A DNA stretch of 64,000 bases from Octopus vulgaris (GCA_951406725.2 OX597840.1:24552001-24616000); one strand, 5' to 3'; counted from the first letter of the stretch, positions 22,921-36,614 are shown. The notes: generated by a model from the sequence alone, not told the origin. Numbers and translations are program-made.

Positions 22921-23816
22921 GGGTTCCTTTCGGTTTGAACGGTAGTTTTTTAACATAATTTCTAGGTAACTAAAAAATTTTAAACTTCGTATACTGGTAG
23001 AATGTGTTTATAAAACATCTTTTTCTCTTGGCTTTATTGAGAAAATTCTATAGTTTGTAAGATATTTGTTGTTTTTTTTCCTTCAATTTTTGCAATTTCA
23101 ACCAATCAATGACGTCCATTGAGGTAAAAAAATTCTGTGCCGTATGAATATGTCCCTCGTTTAAGAAACAGGATCTTTTCGGTTTGAACGGCAGTTTTTA
23201 AAAATAATTTCCACGTAACTAAACACTTTTAAACTTCGTATACTGGTAGAATGTGTTTATAAAACATCTTTTTCTCTTGGCTTTATTGAGAAAATTCTAT
23301 AGTTTGTAAGATATTTGTTGTTTTCTTTTTCTTCAATTTCAACCAATCAATGACGTCCATTGAGGTAAAAAAAATATTCTGTGCCGTATGAATATGTCCC
23401 TCGTTTAAGAAACAGGATTTTTTCGGTTTGAACGGCAGTTTTTAAAAATAATTTCCACATAACTAAACACTTTTAAACTTCGTATACTGGTAGAATGTGT
23501 TTATAAAACATCTTTTTCTCTTTGCTTTATTGAGAAAATTCTATAGTTTGTAAGATATTTGTTGTTTTTTTTCCTTCAATTTCAACCAATCAATGACGTC
23601 TATTGAGGTGAAAACATTCTGTGCTGTATGAATATGTCCCTCGTTTAAGAAACAGATTAGGTTTATTTACATTTGTGAAGAAAAAAGATACCCTTTCCCC
23701 TAACCCCAACCCTAAAACACATTGAAATGCAATAGATCGATACTAGGGTCATAATTATGGGTGACAATTTCATATGACACCGCTAGAAAAAACTGCTGTT
23801 CAAACCGATAAGATCC
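22921..23816. mobile_element. GGATCTTTTCG-family TIR element with three tandem ~240 bp internal units
   Basis: Units start (GGATCTT)TTCGGTTTGAACGGCAG at ~22921, 23171, 23416; right TIR CTGTTCAAACCGATAAGATCC. No TSD seen. Confidence 0.75.
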
Positions 23817-26800
23817 AAAAGTTGTTTTTAAGTTACAATGGCTTAAAGTTCGATTATGTTTACTCATTCACAAAACAGGGTTTGGAAGCTATCATTTTGA
23901 GCATGGCAACACGTGTTGTCAAATATTTGTGAATCTGTATTCTTCACACGGTACTTTTACTTTTGTTTCAGTCATTCGACTGCGGCCATGCTGGAGCACC
24001 GCTTGTAGTCGAACAAATCTACAACTCTCTCTCTTCTCTTTCCCCTCCTTAATTCTTTTGTTCCTCTTTTTCTCTCCCCACGTGACCAATAGGCCAGACT
24101 GCTAGCCCTCTTTTTGCGTCTGACCACGGTCAGTGCAACATCGATATTCTTCCGTGTGTTTGTGAAAGCTCTGTATCTCTACCGTAAGGCTTCATTTCCG
24201 CACACACCAGCTGAATTCAATTCGTCCCCAGTCGAAAGACACCTGTTGTTATGTCCTGTTATTATTATTAATATTTTTATTGTATTTATATTTGTGTAAC
24301 ATCGTCTGTTTTTCCGTATACATTCCATGCTTTCTTCCAAGGAATCTGATGCTCTTAGCTTACTTTTTCCTTGGGGCTGGCCAGATTGGAGCAATCTCAA
24401 GATTAATCAGCCGAAATTGCGAGGATGATCTGGTTCTTTACAGGGGACAGAAAGCTTCGAATGACCCGTCCTTTCTTTTTCATAAAGGACCCGTTTGTAC
24501 TTTGGTGTGAAATAATTTTTTTCCACACGTTTTTTTGAGTGCATTCAACGATGCTCAGTCCAAACCCACCACCCGCCACATTCTTCCGGAAAAGAAAGGG
24601 GGAGGGGTGGTGGGGGACCTTGGAGTTTCCCCACCAACAGAGTTTTTTTTTTTTTTTTTTCTGGGTTACTTTACATGCTTTCAATGTATGTGACATTGAA
24701 ATTATACGTAAACGGCTCCTTTCCTTAGAAAAGGAAAGATTCAGCCACTATTTCTTGCATGCCCTGCTACCAGGTAACAGCTATTTTGAGTCCTGTATCG
24801 TAAATAGCTGTTGTATGGTAACAGGGCATGCTAGAAATAGCAACCAAATCTTTGGAGATGAGATATATTGAATGCACTTGAATAAAACCTATGGAAACAA
24901 TTTATTTCAGTGAGGTTATGAACAGGTCTTTTACGAAATATTTATGGTATTTCTAAAGCCATCTTCACTTTAAAATATTTTTTAAATATGCCAAAACAAT
25001 TTTCGTAATGGTATTCAATTGAAAATAATAAAAAAATAAATAAAATTGTCTGTTTAAAGAAAGTTAAAATATAGAAACATTTCCTGTAAAAACAACTTGT
25101 TTTGTTGGCAAGTTAGTCATAATGTGTCTAACCGAAAGGCTAGACATTCTTCCTTTTCAGGGTTAAGTTATTTTTGGTGTATTTTCCCAATATGCACTGT
25201 TTTCGGTATTTATACCCACCAAAACTCCTAATATCTCAAGAACCAGTTGTCCAATTCATGCGAAACTTGTTTTATTCCGTTTGTATTCACATTTCAAGAA
25301 AGTCTTAATTCTTAGTCTTTTCCCCATTATGTGCCATTTTGGCTATGTAACATTGGAAGCAAGATTGAAGTTCATTTTTAATGTAATATATGTGTGTGTG
25401 TGTGTATAGGTCTGCCTACTTACAACTGCAAGACAAGCATTTAGTTGTGAATAAACCATTATACTTGGCACTTGTTGGCCTGGAGAAAGGCTTTGATAGA
25501 ATTCCTCAGTTGGCCACACACCAAGGTTCAACAGAACCTACTGAAGCAAGCCAACGTGCTTCTAGCATTATCACAGGCAAGAGCAAGATGTCGACATTAA
25601 AGTTCGTACTGTTTCCAAATTTTGGCACAAGGCCAGCAATACCACGGGTGTGTGTGTGTGTTAAGTTGAATATGTCGATTCCAGTGCTCAACCGTTGCTT
25701 ATTTCCACCAACCCCCAAAAGGACGAAAGACAAAGTCCACCTTGGCAGAATTTAAATGCAATTGTCATGTCAGAAGAACCACAGCTAAGCATTTTCCCCA
25801 ATGTGCTAACGACCCTGCTAGTTCGCCACCTTAGTTTATTATTAATTACTAGTGGGACCCATGTAAATTCTACAGAATGAAAAAAATTAAGAGGACCTAT
25901 TCAAGAAAGAGAGGATGATTTGCATTTTTATAGCATTCATAGTTTTAGCTTTCTTTGAATATACTTGGCATCTGTCTACATCCAATTCCTCACAACACCA
26001 TCGGTGCCATCTTTTTCCTCTCTTTTATTATATCTTCTTAGTGTTCCATGCTCTAGATCTGTGCATCTTTTCTCAGGCAGCTTGCAACTGTGTCTCTTGT
26101 GAATCCATAGTTTAGGCTAAATTAATCCTTAGAAACAAATATCAATCTCTTAAGTGAGAAGACGATAAATTGCACAGAAGTGCAAGTGTTGAGTGATGGT
26201 CTCTATAAAAAAAAAAAATTCCTTTACCCTATCAACACACCACCACCACCATCATCTCTCTCTCTCTGCCTTTCTTTAATATCAACATCAGAACATCACC
26301 CCTCTGCTAAGATTATATTTCTAACTCTTCCCTATATCACGACCTTCAGCTAGCATTTTTAACCATAAAATAACTATTACACTCCCCCCATCACGTCATG
26401 CTTGCTTCTTTCTTAGTCTTTTTGTCTCTCCCTTTTCTTTCTTTCTCTATTTGCCTCTCTCTTTGTCTCATCATCTTTTCTCTCTCTACCCTCTTTTCTC
26501 TAATAACATGAAAGTATTACTGACGAGCTAAGTAACAGAATGAGAAGCAGAATTATTATAAGATCACCTTACTCTATTTCTCCCTCCCTTTTCTCCACTT
26601 CTGTCCCCACCCCTCATTTATTCCACTAATCTAATGAAAGCATAACAGCTGTACAAACAAGCTGGTTATTATATATATACATAAATATCATTTTTGTCTG
26701 AGGTTTGGATAATATTTTTTGCAGAGTAATTACATATCACATAAGGAGACTGGAAAACAGTTTGATATTATTTATTCAGCATTACATGTGTTTCATTACC

Positions 26801-27500
26801 TAATAGGAATTACAAACTTTTAGACAGAGAGAAAACATGTAAAATATCTCCTATAAGAAATTCTTCATACATACATATATACACGTGTGTGAATGTGTGT
26901 ATGCACAAGTGAGTGTATCCTTGTCCAGACATTATGTGATGTCCGTAAATGGCCATCACGACCGTCATACTTGTGCAGTTCTTCATTTCCAGTCCTCTGC
27001 GTAAATTATGTCTCACCAGGGAAAATATTTCCTTGCTTGGAAACAGGTGAGGATTGGTGACAAGAAAGGGTACCCAGCTCAGGAAAATCTCCATCAATGA
27101 ATTCCATCTGATCCATTGAAGCATGGAAAAGCGAATTTTAAATGATGATGATTATCATCAGTGTAGTGATATGGTTCCTCTTCTGTATTAATGCAGTTAT
27201 GTTTTAATAATTGATCATTTTCATAGATTGACTTAGCACAAATGTCTTAGGGCATGGTTTTATCTTTCATATTAATATGACTGTGTATAATTCTCCATTT
27301 TGATAGAATGATTAAGCACTGCTATCACAGTGATATGTTCTCCTTCCTCTGTCAATGCTCTTTCGATTCGTTAATGGATCATTTCAAATGAAAGGCTTAC
27401 CATTGATATCACATTGATATAGTTTCTTTCTTGTGTAGAGGGTTTTATGAGATACAAATTTGTCCTTCTGAAGGAATGTTATACAACCAATGTCACTGTG

Positions 27501-29618
27501 TTATGGATCAACTTCATAGTGAATACACTTGTGTTTAATTGAGTGATGTTTTTGTGAGAATGATTCACCACAGATGTCACAGCGATATGGTTCCTCACCT
27601 GTGTGAATACGTTTATGTGCAGTCAAGGTACTGCTAACAGAGAATGATTTACCACAGATATCACAGGAATATGGTTTCTCTCCTGTATGAATACGCCTGT
27701 GTTTAGTTAAGCTGCTGTTTTCAGAGAAAGATTTACCACAGATATCACAGTGGTATGGTTTCTCCCCTGTATGAATACGCCTGTGTTTAGTTAAGCTGCT
27801 GCTTTCAGAGAAAGATTTGCCACAGATGTCACAGTGGTATGGTTTCTCCCCTGTATGAATACGCTTGTGTTTAGTTAAGATAATGTCCTGATAGAATGAT
27901 TTACCACAGATATCACAGTGGTATGGTTTCTCCCCTGTATGAATACGCTTGTGTTTGGTTAAGCCACCGCTTTCAGAGAATGATTTACCACAGATATCAC
28001 AGGGATATGGTTTGTTTCCTGTATGAATACGTTTGTGTTTAATTAAGGTACTGCCTTGAGAGAATGATTTACCACAAATATCACAGTGATATGGCTTGTC
28101 TCCTGTATGAATACGTTTGTGTGCAGTTAAGTTACAGCGAACAGAGAATGATTTACCACAGATATCACAGGGATATGGTTTCTCTCCTGTATGAATGTAT
28201 TTGTGAGCAGTTAAGTGGTGATTTTGAGAGAATGATTTACCACAGATATCACAGGGATATGGTTTCTCTCCTGTATGAATGTATTTGTGAGCAGTTAAGT
28301 GGTGATTCTGAGAGAATGATTTATCACAAATATCACAATGATATGGTTTCTGTGCTGTATGAATAAGTTTATGAGTGGTTAGTTTGCTATTTCCAGAGAA
28401 TGATTTACCACAGATATCACAGGGATATGGCTTGTCTCCTGTATGAATACGTTTGTGTTTAATTAAGGTACTGCTACCAGAGAATGATTTACCACAGATA
28501 TCACAGTGATATGGTTTGTCCCCTATATGAATATGCTTGTGATTATCTAAGCTATGAGCATGAGAGAATGATTTACCACAGGAATATGGTTTCTCACCTG
28601 TATGAATACGTTTGTGTTTAGTTAAGCTACTACTTTCAGAGAATGATTTACCACAGATATCACAGTGGTATGGTTTCTCCCCTGTATGAATACGCCTGTG
28701 TTTAGTTAAGCTGCTGCTTTCAGAGAAAGATTTGCCACAGATATCACAGTGGTATGGTTTCTCCCCTGTATGAATACGCCTGTGTTTAGTTAAGCTGCTG
28801 CTTTCAGAGAAAGATTTGCCACAGATATCACAGTGGTATGGTTTCTCCCCTGTATGAATACGCTTGTGTTTAGTTAAGATACTGTCCTGAGAGAATGATT
28901 TACCACAGATATCACAGTGGTATGGTTTCTCCCCTGTATGAATACGCTTGTGTTTAGTTAAGATACTGTCCTGAGAGAATGATTTACCACAGATATCACA
29001 GGGATATGGTTTGTCTCCTGTATGAATACGCTTGTGTTTGGTTAAGCCACCGCTTTGAGAGAATGATTTACCACAGATATCACAGTGGTATGGCTTGTCT
29101 CCTGTATGAATACGTTTGTGTTTAATTAAGTTACTGCCAACAGAGAATGATTTACCACAGATATCACACTGATAAGGTTTCTCTCCTGTGTGAATGTATT
29201 TGTGAGCAGTTAAGTGGTGATTTTGAGAGAATGATTTACCACAGATATCACAGGGATATGGTTTCTCTCCTGTATGAATGTATTTGTGTTTAGTTAAGCT
29301 ACTACTTTCAGAGAATGATTTACCACAGATATCACATTGATATGGTTTCTCCCCTGTATGAATACGTTTGTGGTTGGGTAAGCTACTGCCATCAGAGAAT
29401 GATTTACCACAGATATCACATTGATATGGTTTCTCACCTGTATGAATACGCTTGTGTTTGGTTAAGCTACTGCGAACAGAGAATGATTTACCACAGATAT
29501 CACAATGATATGGTGCTTCCCCTTCATGAATTTGTTTGTGTTGATTGAATTTACTTTCTTCTAAGAATGACTCTTTGCAGATGTCACAGTCATATGATTT
29601 TCTTAATTCTTCCGACAT
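27501..29618 (-). CDS. ZNF-4: C2H2 zinc-finger protein, 25 finger units (one with a 9 bp deletion of the first Cys)
   Basis: 705-aa ORF starting MSEELRKS; inferred intron 30018-31714; minus-strand AATAAA at 26771-26776. Confidence 0.92.
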   Translation of the reverse strand: MSEELRKSYDCDICKESFLEESKFNQHKQIHEGEAPYHCDICGKSFSVRSSLTKHKRIHTGEKPYQCDICGKSFSDGSSLPNHKRIHTGEKPYQCDICGKSFSESSSLTKHKYIHTGEKPYPCDICGKSFSQNHHLTAHKYIHTGEKPYQCDICGKSFSVGSNLIKHKRIHTGDKPYHCDICGKSFSQSGGLTKHKRIHTGDKPYPCDICGKSFSQDSILTKHKRIHTGEKPYHCDICGKSFSQDSILTKHKRIHTGEKPYHCDICGKSFSESSSLTKHRRIHTGEKPYHCDICGKSFSESSSLTKHRRIHTGEKPYHCDICGKSFSESSSLTKHKRIHTGEKPYSCGKSFSHAHSLDNHKHIHIGDKPYHCDICGKSFSGSSTLIKHKRIHTGDKPYPCDICGKSFSGNSKLTTHKLIHTAQKPYHCDICDKSFSQNHHLTAHKYIHTGEKPYPCDICGKSFSQNHHLTAHKYIHTGEKPYPCDICGKSFSVRCNLTAHKRIHTGDKPYHCDICGKSFSQGSTLIKHKRIHTGNKPYPCDICGKSFSESGGLTKHKRIHTGEKPYHCDICGKSFYQDIILTKHKRIHTGEKPYHCDICGKSFSESSSLTKHRRIHTGEKPYHCDICGKSFSENSSLTKHRRIHTGEKPYSCDICGKSFSVSSTLTAHKRIHTGEEPYRCDICGESFSQKHHSIKHKCIHYEVDP

Positions 29619-30764
29619 CTCTTCAAGAAAAATAAAATCGATCCTTCAAGTTCTACAGATCAACAACTTTTCAAAAATTTATGGATATTTTGCTTTTATA
29701 GTTTATTCCAAACAAATATCACTTCTCTTATATTTCTTCTAAATGTGATCAATGCCAATATTTAAAAATGTTGTAAATACTCTTTGTAAATCTATCAAAG
29801 TATATTTAAAAGAGAAAATTATCTCTTGCACATTTCAGACACAGAAGTAAAGAAATGCTTTCTCTCTCAGAGGAAATATTTTACTGTAATTCAGCAATGT
29901 TTTATAGAAGCAGGATTATATGTTTGTAGAATATCTTTGCAGAGTCTTTCAAACATGATACATACTGGTGATTCTTTAAAAGTAAAAAATACTTTTTAGC
30001 CAATTTCATGTGATTTTCTGAAAGAATAGAAAAAATAATATAAGACATCAAGTATGTTTAAAAGGCAGCTATTCAAAAGTGCAAATTTACGACATTTCTG
30101 TTTTCATAAATTGTAGAAGTAATTCTTTATCTGAACTATTAAATTTATCCCATCTCTCTATTTTCAAGAGGTTTATATCACAGACACATCCATCGTAATA
30201 ACACCTCCTGGACATTGCGTCTGTCCTAGACACACACACTCACACCAATATACATGTCAATGACAGTAGATATCTGATGTTTTCCCCTCAGTGTTCTATT
30301 GTATCAACACAGGTTTGTTTTATAACATAGACATCACTCCTCCTCTGCCTCTTTCTGTATGTGCATAAATATACAAATATATATATGTGGTTAGCTTAAT
30401 GTTAACCTTTTGTTGAGCATAAAAGATGCATAAAAGTCAGTAAATAATATTGATGTCTGACTTGCAGCATCAAAATCTCTTGTGGGGAATTTTTGATGTT
30501 AAGAAAAATTGTTGGTTGATGAAATTGGTGACAATCCTTCTCCATGGGGCAAATGGCAGAGGCTTCAATGAAGTCTATCCTTATTTTACGGAAAAACTAT
30601 AATTTCTTTTCATTGTTATGCACATAGTTTTAAAATTTAACCATTCTTGTTTTTTTCTTTTAATTATAAATTCTTACACATTATAATTAATGTTTCTCTT
30701 CCTTGTTGCTTCAAAACGAAATATTGTTTATCTGGATGAGTGAAAAATACATTCATATTAAATA

Positions 30765-31195
30765 TATACGCATTACGAAGAAAGAAAAGAATAAAATTGC
30801 ATAATTAATTGAAAATAACATTAAAAAAAGGGTGCAATTCTGCTTTAAACATTATATAGCTCCTTATAGTTTTTCCCCATTTTCCTGTGGAATTTTCGGA
30901 AAATTTTTCCAAATTTGTGACCTACATTATGAAAAAAATTGATTTTTTCAATTTTTCCCATTTTTTAAAAAATTGCCACTCTAGAACCTTTTTAAAAAAT
31001 GGGAAAAATTGAAAAAAACAATTTTTTTCATAATGTAGGTCACAAATTTGGAAAATTTTTCCGAAAATTCCACAGGAAAATGGGGAAAAAATTATAAGGA
31101 GCTATATAATGTTTAAAGCAGAATTGCACCCTTTTTTAAATGTTATTTTCATTCAATTATGCAAGTTATCCTTTTCTTTCTTCGTAATGCGTATA
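30765..31195. repeat. Near-perfect palindrome, ~208 bp arms, ~16 nt loop, in ZNF-4 intron
   Basis: TATACGCATTACGAAG..TGTGACCTACATTATG.. mirrored by ..CATAATGTAGGTCACA..CTTCGTAATGCGTATA. Confidence 0.9.
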
Positions 31196-32029
31196 ATGCG
31201 AATACGTAGTTGCAAAGATTTTCTGAAAATTCCGGAAAAAACAAAACAAACCCCAGATATTAATTGTAAGTTGTAATGATGCAGAAGAACCGCCAGAAAT
31301 AAAGACTTCCTATGTCTCAAATAAAAGCCATTTCCTCTCGATACGATATTTGCTTTTCGTTTCAGTATTTCAAGTGCACACTCGTATTTTTATACATTCC
31401 CCATTTCTTACTAATTACATCGTAATTTTCCCGCTTTTAACGAAATCGTCGAATTTACACGTTAGAAAGAAAGATAAATGTTATCTAAACAAGGGATTGA
31501 TCCGACGTTTTTACAAATAATTTAGAAAATAACCAAAAGTGCAATGAAATGTTTAAAAGAAAACGACAACACAATGAAAGTATTAAAATTACAGCCTTTC
31601 GTATAATTTCGTCTTAGTGAGATTTTTTTTCTTTTAACTTTCTCAACACATCGAAACAAATAAATGTACATAATACGACACATATATAATAGAAATGTTT
31701 AAATAAATACTTACATAGTAATAGATATGGAGAGAAAGAGTGAAGGAGGAAGACGTGAGAACTGGAGTCAGAGTGGACAAGGACAGCTTCAAGAGGATTT
31801 CTAGGTTTCTACAACAAACGTTAATTAATATTTTTCACGTCCACATAATCGTAAATGCTGTATCTGTTTGTTTAGACAGTTAATTACCAATCATTTGTAT
31901 ATATTTGATTAGGTTTTCTCTTAAATATCAGTCGTAAAGTGGAACTGATTAAACAATCAAGGTGCGTGAGAAACGAGAACAAGAAATACAATTAATTAGC
32001 AAGAGATTTGACAAGGGGAACTAACTCTT

Positions 32030-33337
32030 TATTTCTTTATTCCGATTATACAATCGTTACATAAAAGGACAAATACAGGACATACATGCAAAAAACAGTT
32101 AAGAGGTTCGATTAAAAATTTTCCATAACATTTGGATTATTCATTATAAAAATTCGTCTGTAAATTGTCCTTTACGTGACCAATAGAATATTATAACATT
32201 ACATAAACTTTCGATCTTACCGAAGTTTTAAACCCCGGCAATTTATAAGGCCTCGCAGCTTTTGTTTCCTCTCCTCCCTCCATAGTTAAGCTGGGTTTCT
32301 GACACCCACCTTTTTTTCCACTTCCTTCCATCTTTTCTCATACACACCCCGTGGTAAGATCCTCTTTTCCAGCCCCATTTTGCTCTTCAGATGATATCTG
32401 AAGTAAGTGAGCAAGCCGGGGCCCGAGACAAAGGATCCTATCGCGACTCCTTCCATTCTTGTTCGCCACATGCATTCTTTTACTACTGCAACCGTGCAGT
32501 GAAAACATGCCTCACCTTCCTTCGAGAGTCCAGTTGGCGGTATCATCTTAATCATAGACTCAGCCGACAGCTGTACTCGTCCCAGATGCGATAACACGTG
32601 TTCTGCGTAACTTATCAAGTCGGACAACTTCCGACAGTGTACAAAAGCGTGCTGGACGGTTTCATCGTCCAACTCGCACCTTGGACACGTCGGTGGCACT
32701 GAAATTCCGTGCCGCGATAACTTCTCGCGAACAGGTAAAGCATTCCTATAGCACTGCCAGGCCAGGGATCTTTGGAAATTATCCAAATACCCCGTCCTGA
32801 AAGTCTTTTTAAACAGGTTGGTAAGCTGGTCCTCGTCAAACCCCAGAGCCCCTCCTAGGACGTCGTCGTTCTTTGCCTCTACCAGCCTTCTATAAAATAC
32901 CGAGGTGGTATTTCCGCAGCCGGCCTTGCCCGCCTTGTGGATCAGCGTGAGTGCCTGTCGGCACTCCTTTTGCCATAAAGTCAGTTTCCATCTTTTGATG
33001 CGACCGGGTTTAAAATTCACTAAGGAGGCCGGTCTCGGGAAAAATTCCCCTGCCAGCGGACTCCACACCTTATCACCCTCCAGGTGGTGTCAGAGATGCT
33101 TCAGCCTCAACGCATGTCTGCGCATCATCAACCAAGGCATTCCTAACCCACCCTTTAACGGTTCCTGGCAGCAAACGGAGCGCCTCACAAGTGGCTTTCC
33201 TCCCTTCCACAAAAAGCGGAAAAGGATTCGCTCCAACTTGCTAAGCCATGAATCGGGGCAAGGGACAACGGTCAGGCGGTAAGTGATTACAGATGCAATG
33301 AACATCTGTACCACCTCCACCCTTCCTTTCAAGGACA
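32030..33337 (-). mobile_element. L1/Tx1-like LINE 3' fragment (ORF2 C-terminus with Cys/His zinc-binding region)
   Basis: FLWKG..PLKGGLGMPWL, CPRC..ETVQHAFVHC; homologous to 59987-61020; ends AATAAAGAAATAAAG on the minus strand. Confidence 0.85.
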
Positions 33338-33338
33338 G

Positions 33339-33676
33339 AAATTGTCACCCATAATTATGACCCTAGTATCGATCTATTGCATTTCAATCTTTTTTTCTTC
33401 AGAAATGTAAATAAACCCTATTTGTTTCATAAACGAGGGACATATTCATACGGCAGACATGTTTTTTTTTTACCTCAATTGGCGTCATTGATTGGTTGAA
33501 ATTGCAGAAATTGAAGAAAAAACAAAAACAAATATCTTCCAAACAATAGAATTTTCTCAATAAAGCCAAGAGAGAAAGATGTTTTATAAACACATTCTAC
33601 CAGTATACGAAGTTTAAAAATTTTTAGTTACCTAGAAATTATGTTAAAAAAACTGCCGTTCAAACCGAAAAGATCC
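33339..33676. mobile_element. GGATCTTTTCG-family element, single unit, inverted relative to 22921-23816
   Basis: Ends AACTGCCGTTCAAACCGAAAAGATCC; other end truncated next to the LINE fragment. Confidence 0.75.
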
Positions 33677-34849
33677 TATGTGTGTTAAAAAATCTCATTA
33701 CGCAATCGAACCAATGAGAGAGCCTCTGCCTGGTCGCTCGACATGCTAAAAATAGCAGCCAAAGTATCCCCCCTATCTAAATCACATGCCCATTGTACGT
33801 AATGTCCTAGATTATCCCTGAAAAGACAGTTTGCTGAAGGCTGGAATGTCTTTGATGATACGTTTGCTGTATCAGGTTTGATTTGAGGCTAAATAACATT
33901 ATGGTAAATTTCTATATTAACTCCCGCATGATTTTCACTAAGAAAAAAATCCAAATGTTAGATTTTTTGCGAGGAATCAACTACCCTGACCTCATAATAT
34001 GCTACAAAACCCTTTACGGGTCCAAAAGACGGGGTGGAGTGAGGTGGAAGCCATTTTTTTCTACCTTATAAAAAACACATATGGACAATGGAGAAGAGTT
34101 TGATATTATTTATTCAGCATTACATGTGTTTCATTTCCTAATAGGAATTACAAACATTTACACGTAGAGAAAAATGTAAAGGATTTCCTTTAAGAAAATC
34201 TATGAACGTACATGTGTGAGTGTGTGTGTACCCTTGTCCAGATATTATGTGATGTTCGTAAAGGGCCACCATGACCGTCATACTTGTGCAGTTGTTCACT
34301 TCCAGTCCTCTGCGTCAAACAGGTGAGGATTGGTCACAAGTCCTCTGTGCAGTTGTTCACTTCCAGTCCTCTGCTTGGAAACAGGTGAGGATTGGTCACA
34401 AGAAAGGTACCCAGATGTAGAAAATCTCCATCAATGAATTCCATCTGATCCACAGAAGCATGAATAGGAGAATTTTAAATGATGAGGATCATCATCATCG
34501 TGGTTCCTCTTCTGTATCAATGCATTTACATTTCAATAATTGATCCATTTTCGTAGATTGATTTAGCACGAATAGCTTAGGTTACAGTTATATCTTTCAT
34601 ATTAATAGGACTGTGTACAAACAATTCACCATTTCGAAAGAATGATTCAGGTTTAACATCAAAGTGATATGTTTTCCTTCCTCTGTCAATGCTCTTTTGA
34701 TTCAATAATGGATAATTTCATGTCAAAGATTTACTATAGATGTCACATTCATATAGTTTCTATCATGTGTAGAGTTCTTTATAAGCTTCACCTTCTGACG
34801 GAATGTCATACAACAAATGTCACTGTGCTATGGATCCTTTGCATAACGA

Positions 34850-35838
34850 ATGCACTTGTGTTTAATTAAGTGATGATTTTATGAGAATCATTTTCCGCAG
34901 ATATCAGTGATACGGTTCCTCACCTGTATGAATACACTTGTGAGAAGCTAAGTTACAACCATCAGAAAATGATTTACCACAAATATCACAGTGATATGGT
35001 TTCTCCCCTGTATGAGTACGTTTGTGTCGAGTTAAGCTACGACCCTCAGAGAATGATTTACCACAGATATCACAGTGGTAGTTTCTTTCTCCGGTATGGA
35101 TATGCTTGTGAATATCTAAGCTATGAGTACGTGAGAATGATTTACCACAAATATCGCAGTGATATGGTTTCTCCCCTGTATGAACGAGTTTGTGTCTAGT
35201 TAAGTTACTGCCAACAGAGAATGATCTTCCACAGATATCACAGTGATATGGTTTGTCCTCTGTATGAATACGCTTGTGGTTGGTTACGGTACTGCTACCA
35301 GAGAATGATTTACCACAGATATCACAGTGATATGGTTTCTCACCTGTATGAACACGTTTGTGTTTAGTTAAGTCACTCCTTTGATAGCATGATTTACCAC
35401 AGATATCACAGTGGTATGGTTTCTCCCCTGTATGAACACGTTTGTGTTTAGTTAAGTTACTCCTTTGATAGAATGATTTACCACAGATATCACTGTGGTA
35501 TGGTTTCTCCCCTGTATGAATACCCTTGTGTGTGGTTAAGCTACCGCTTTCAGAGAATGATTTACCACAGATATCACAGTGGTATGGTTTCTCACCTGTA
35601 TGAACACGTTTGTGTTTAGTTAAGCTACTGCCAACAGAGAATGATTTACCACAGATATTACAGATATATGGTTTCTCTCCTGTATGAATACGTTTATGTT
35701 TAGTTAAGTTACTGCCAACGGAGAATGATTTACCACAGATATCACAGGAATATGGTTTCTCTCCTGTATGAATACGTTTGTGTTTAATTAAGGTAGTGCT
35801 ATCAGAGAATGATTTACCACAGATATCACAGGAATATG
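34850..35838 (-). pseudogene. ZNF-5: headless C2H2 array, 11 in-frame fingers + 1 frameshifted
   Basis: Manual minus-strand translation [19 protein letters not shown].. is open for 11 units with no Met; fused at 35839 directly to intron sequence; 2 bp deletion gives CAC-TGA near 34905. Confidence 0.8.
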
Positions 35839-35839
35839 C

Positions 35840-36614
35840 ACTTCCTATGTCTCAAATAAAAGCCATTTCCTCTCGATACGATATTTGCTTTTCGTTTCAG
35901 TATTTCAAGTGCACACTCGTATTTTTATACATTCCCCATTTCTTACTAATTACATCGTAATTTTCCCGCTTTTAACGAAATCGTCGAATTTACACGTTAG
36001 AAAGAAAGATAAATGTTATCTAAACAAGGGATTGATCCGACGTTTTTACAAATAATTTAGAAAATAACCAAAAGTGCAATGAAATGTCTAAAAGAAAACG
36101 ACAACACAATGAAAGTATTAAAATTACAGCCTTTCGTATAATTTCGTCTTAGTGAGATTTGTTTTCCTCTTTCGTATAATTTCGTCTTAGTGAGATTTGT
36201 TTTCCTTTTAACTTTCTCAACACATCGAAACAAATAAATGTACATAATAGGACACATATAGAATAGAAATGTTTAAATAAATACTTACATAGTAATAGAT
36301 ATGGAGAGAAAGAGTGAAGGAGGAAGACGTGAGAACTGGAGTCAGAGTGGACAAGGACAGCTTCAAGAGAATTTCTAGGTTTCTACAACAAACGTTAATT
36401 AATATTTTTCAGGTCCACATAATCGTAAATGCTGTATCTGTTTGTTTAGACAGTTAATTACCAATCATTTGTATATATTTGATTGGGTTTTCCTCTTAAA
36501 TATCAGTCGTAAAGTGGAACTGATCAAACAATCAAGGTGCGTGAGAAACAGGAGCAAGAAATACACTTAATTAGGAAGAGATTTGCCGATGAACAACGGG
36601 AACTAACTCCAGTC
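35840..36614 (-). promoter_or_regulatory. Paralogous exon 1/proximal upstream block (copies at 31305-32030 and 45408-46105; diverged copy 22080-22760)
   Basis: Near-identical ~750 bp blocks each containing the GTAAGT donor (36288, 31714, 45818, 22512). Promoter function is inferred from position only. Confidence 0.55.

Noticed and set aside
23695-23716. Telomere-like CCCTAACCCCAACCCTAA
   Set aside because: Too short, and internal to a TIR element.
26515-26670. Further hammerhead-like motifs (CTGACGAGCTAAG.., CTAATGAAAGC..; paralog at ~41024)
   Set aside because: The GAAA core and stems are degenerate; at most decayed relics.
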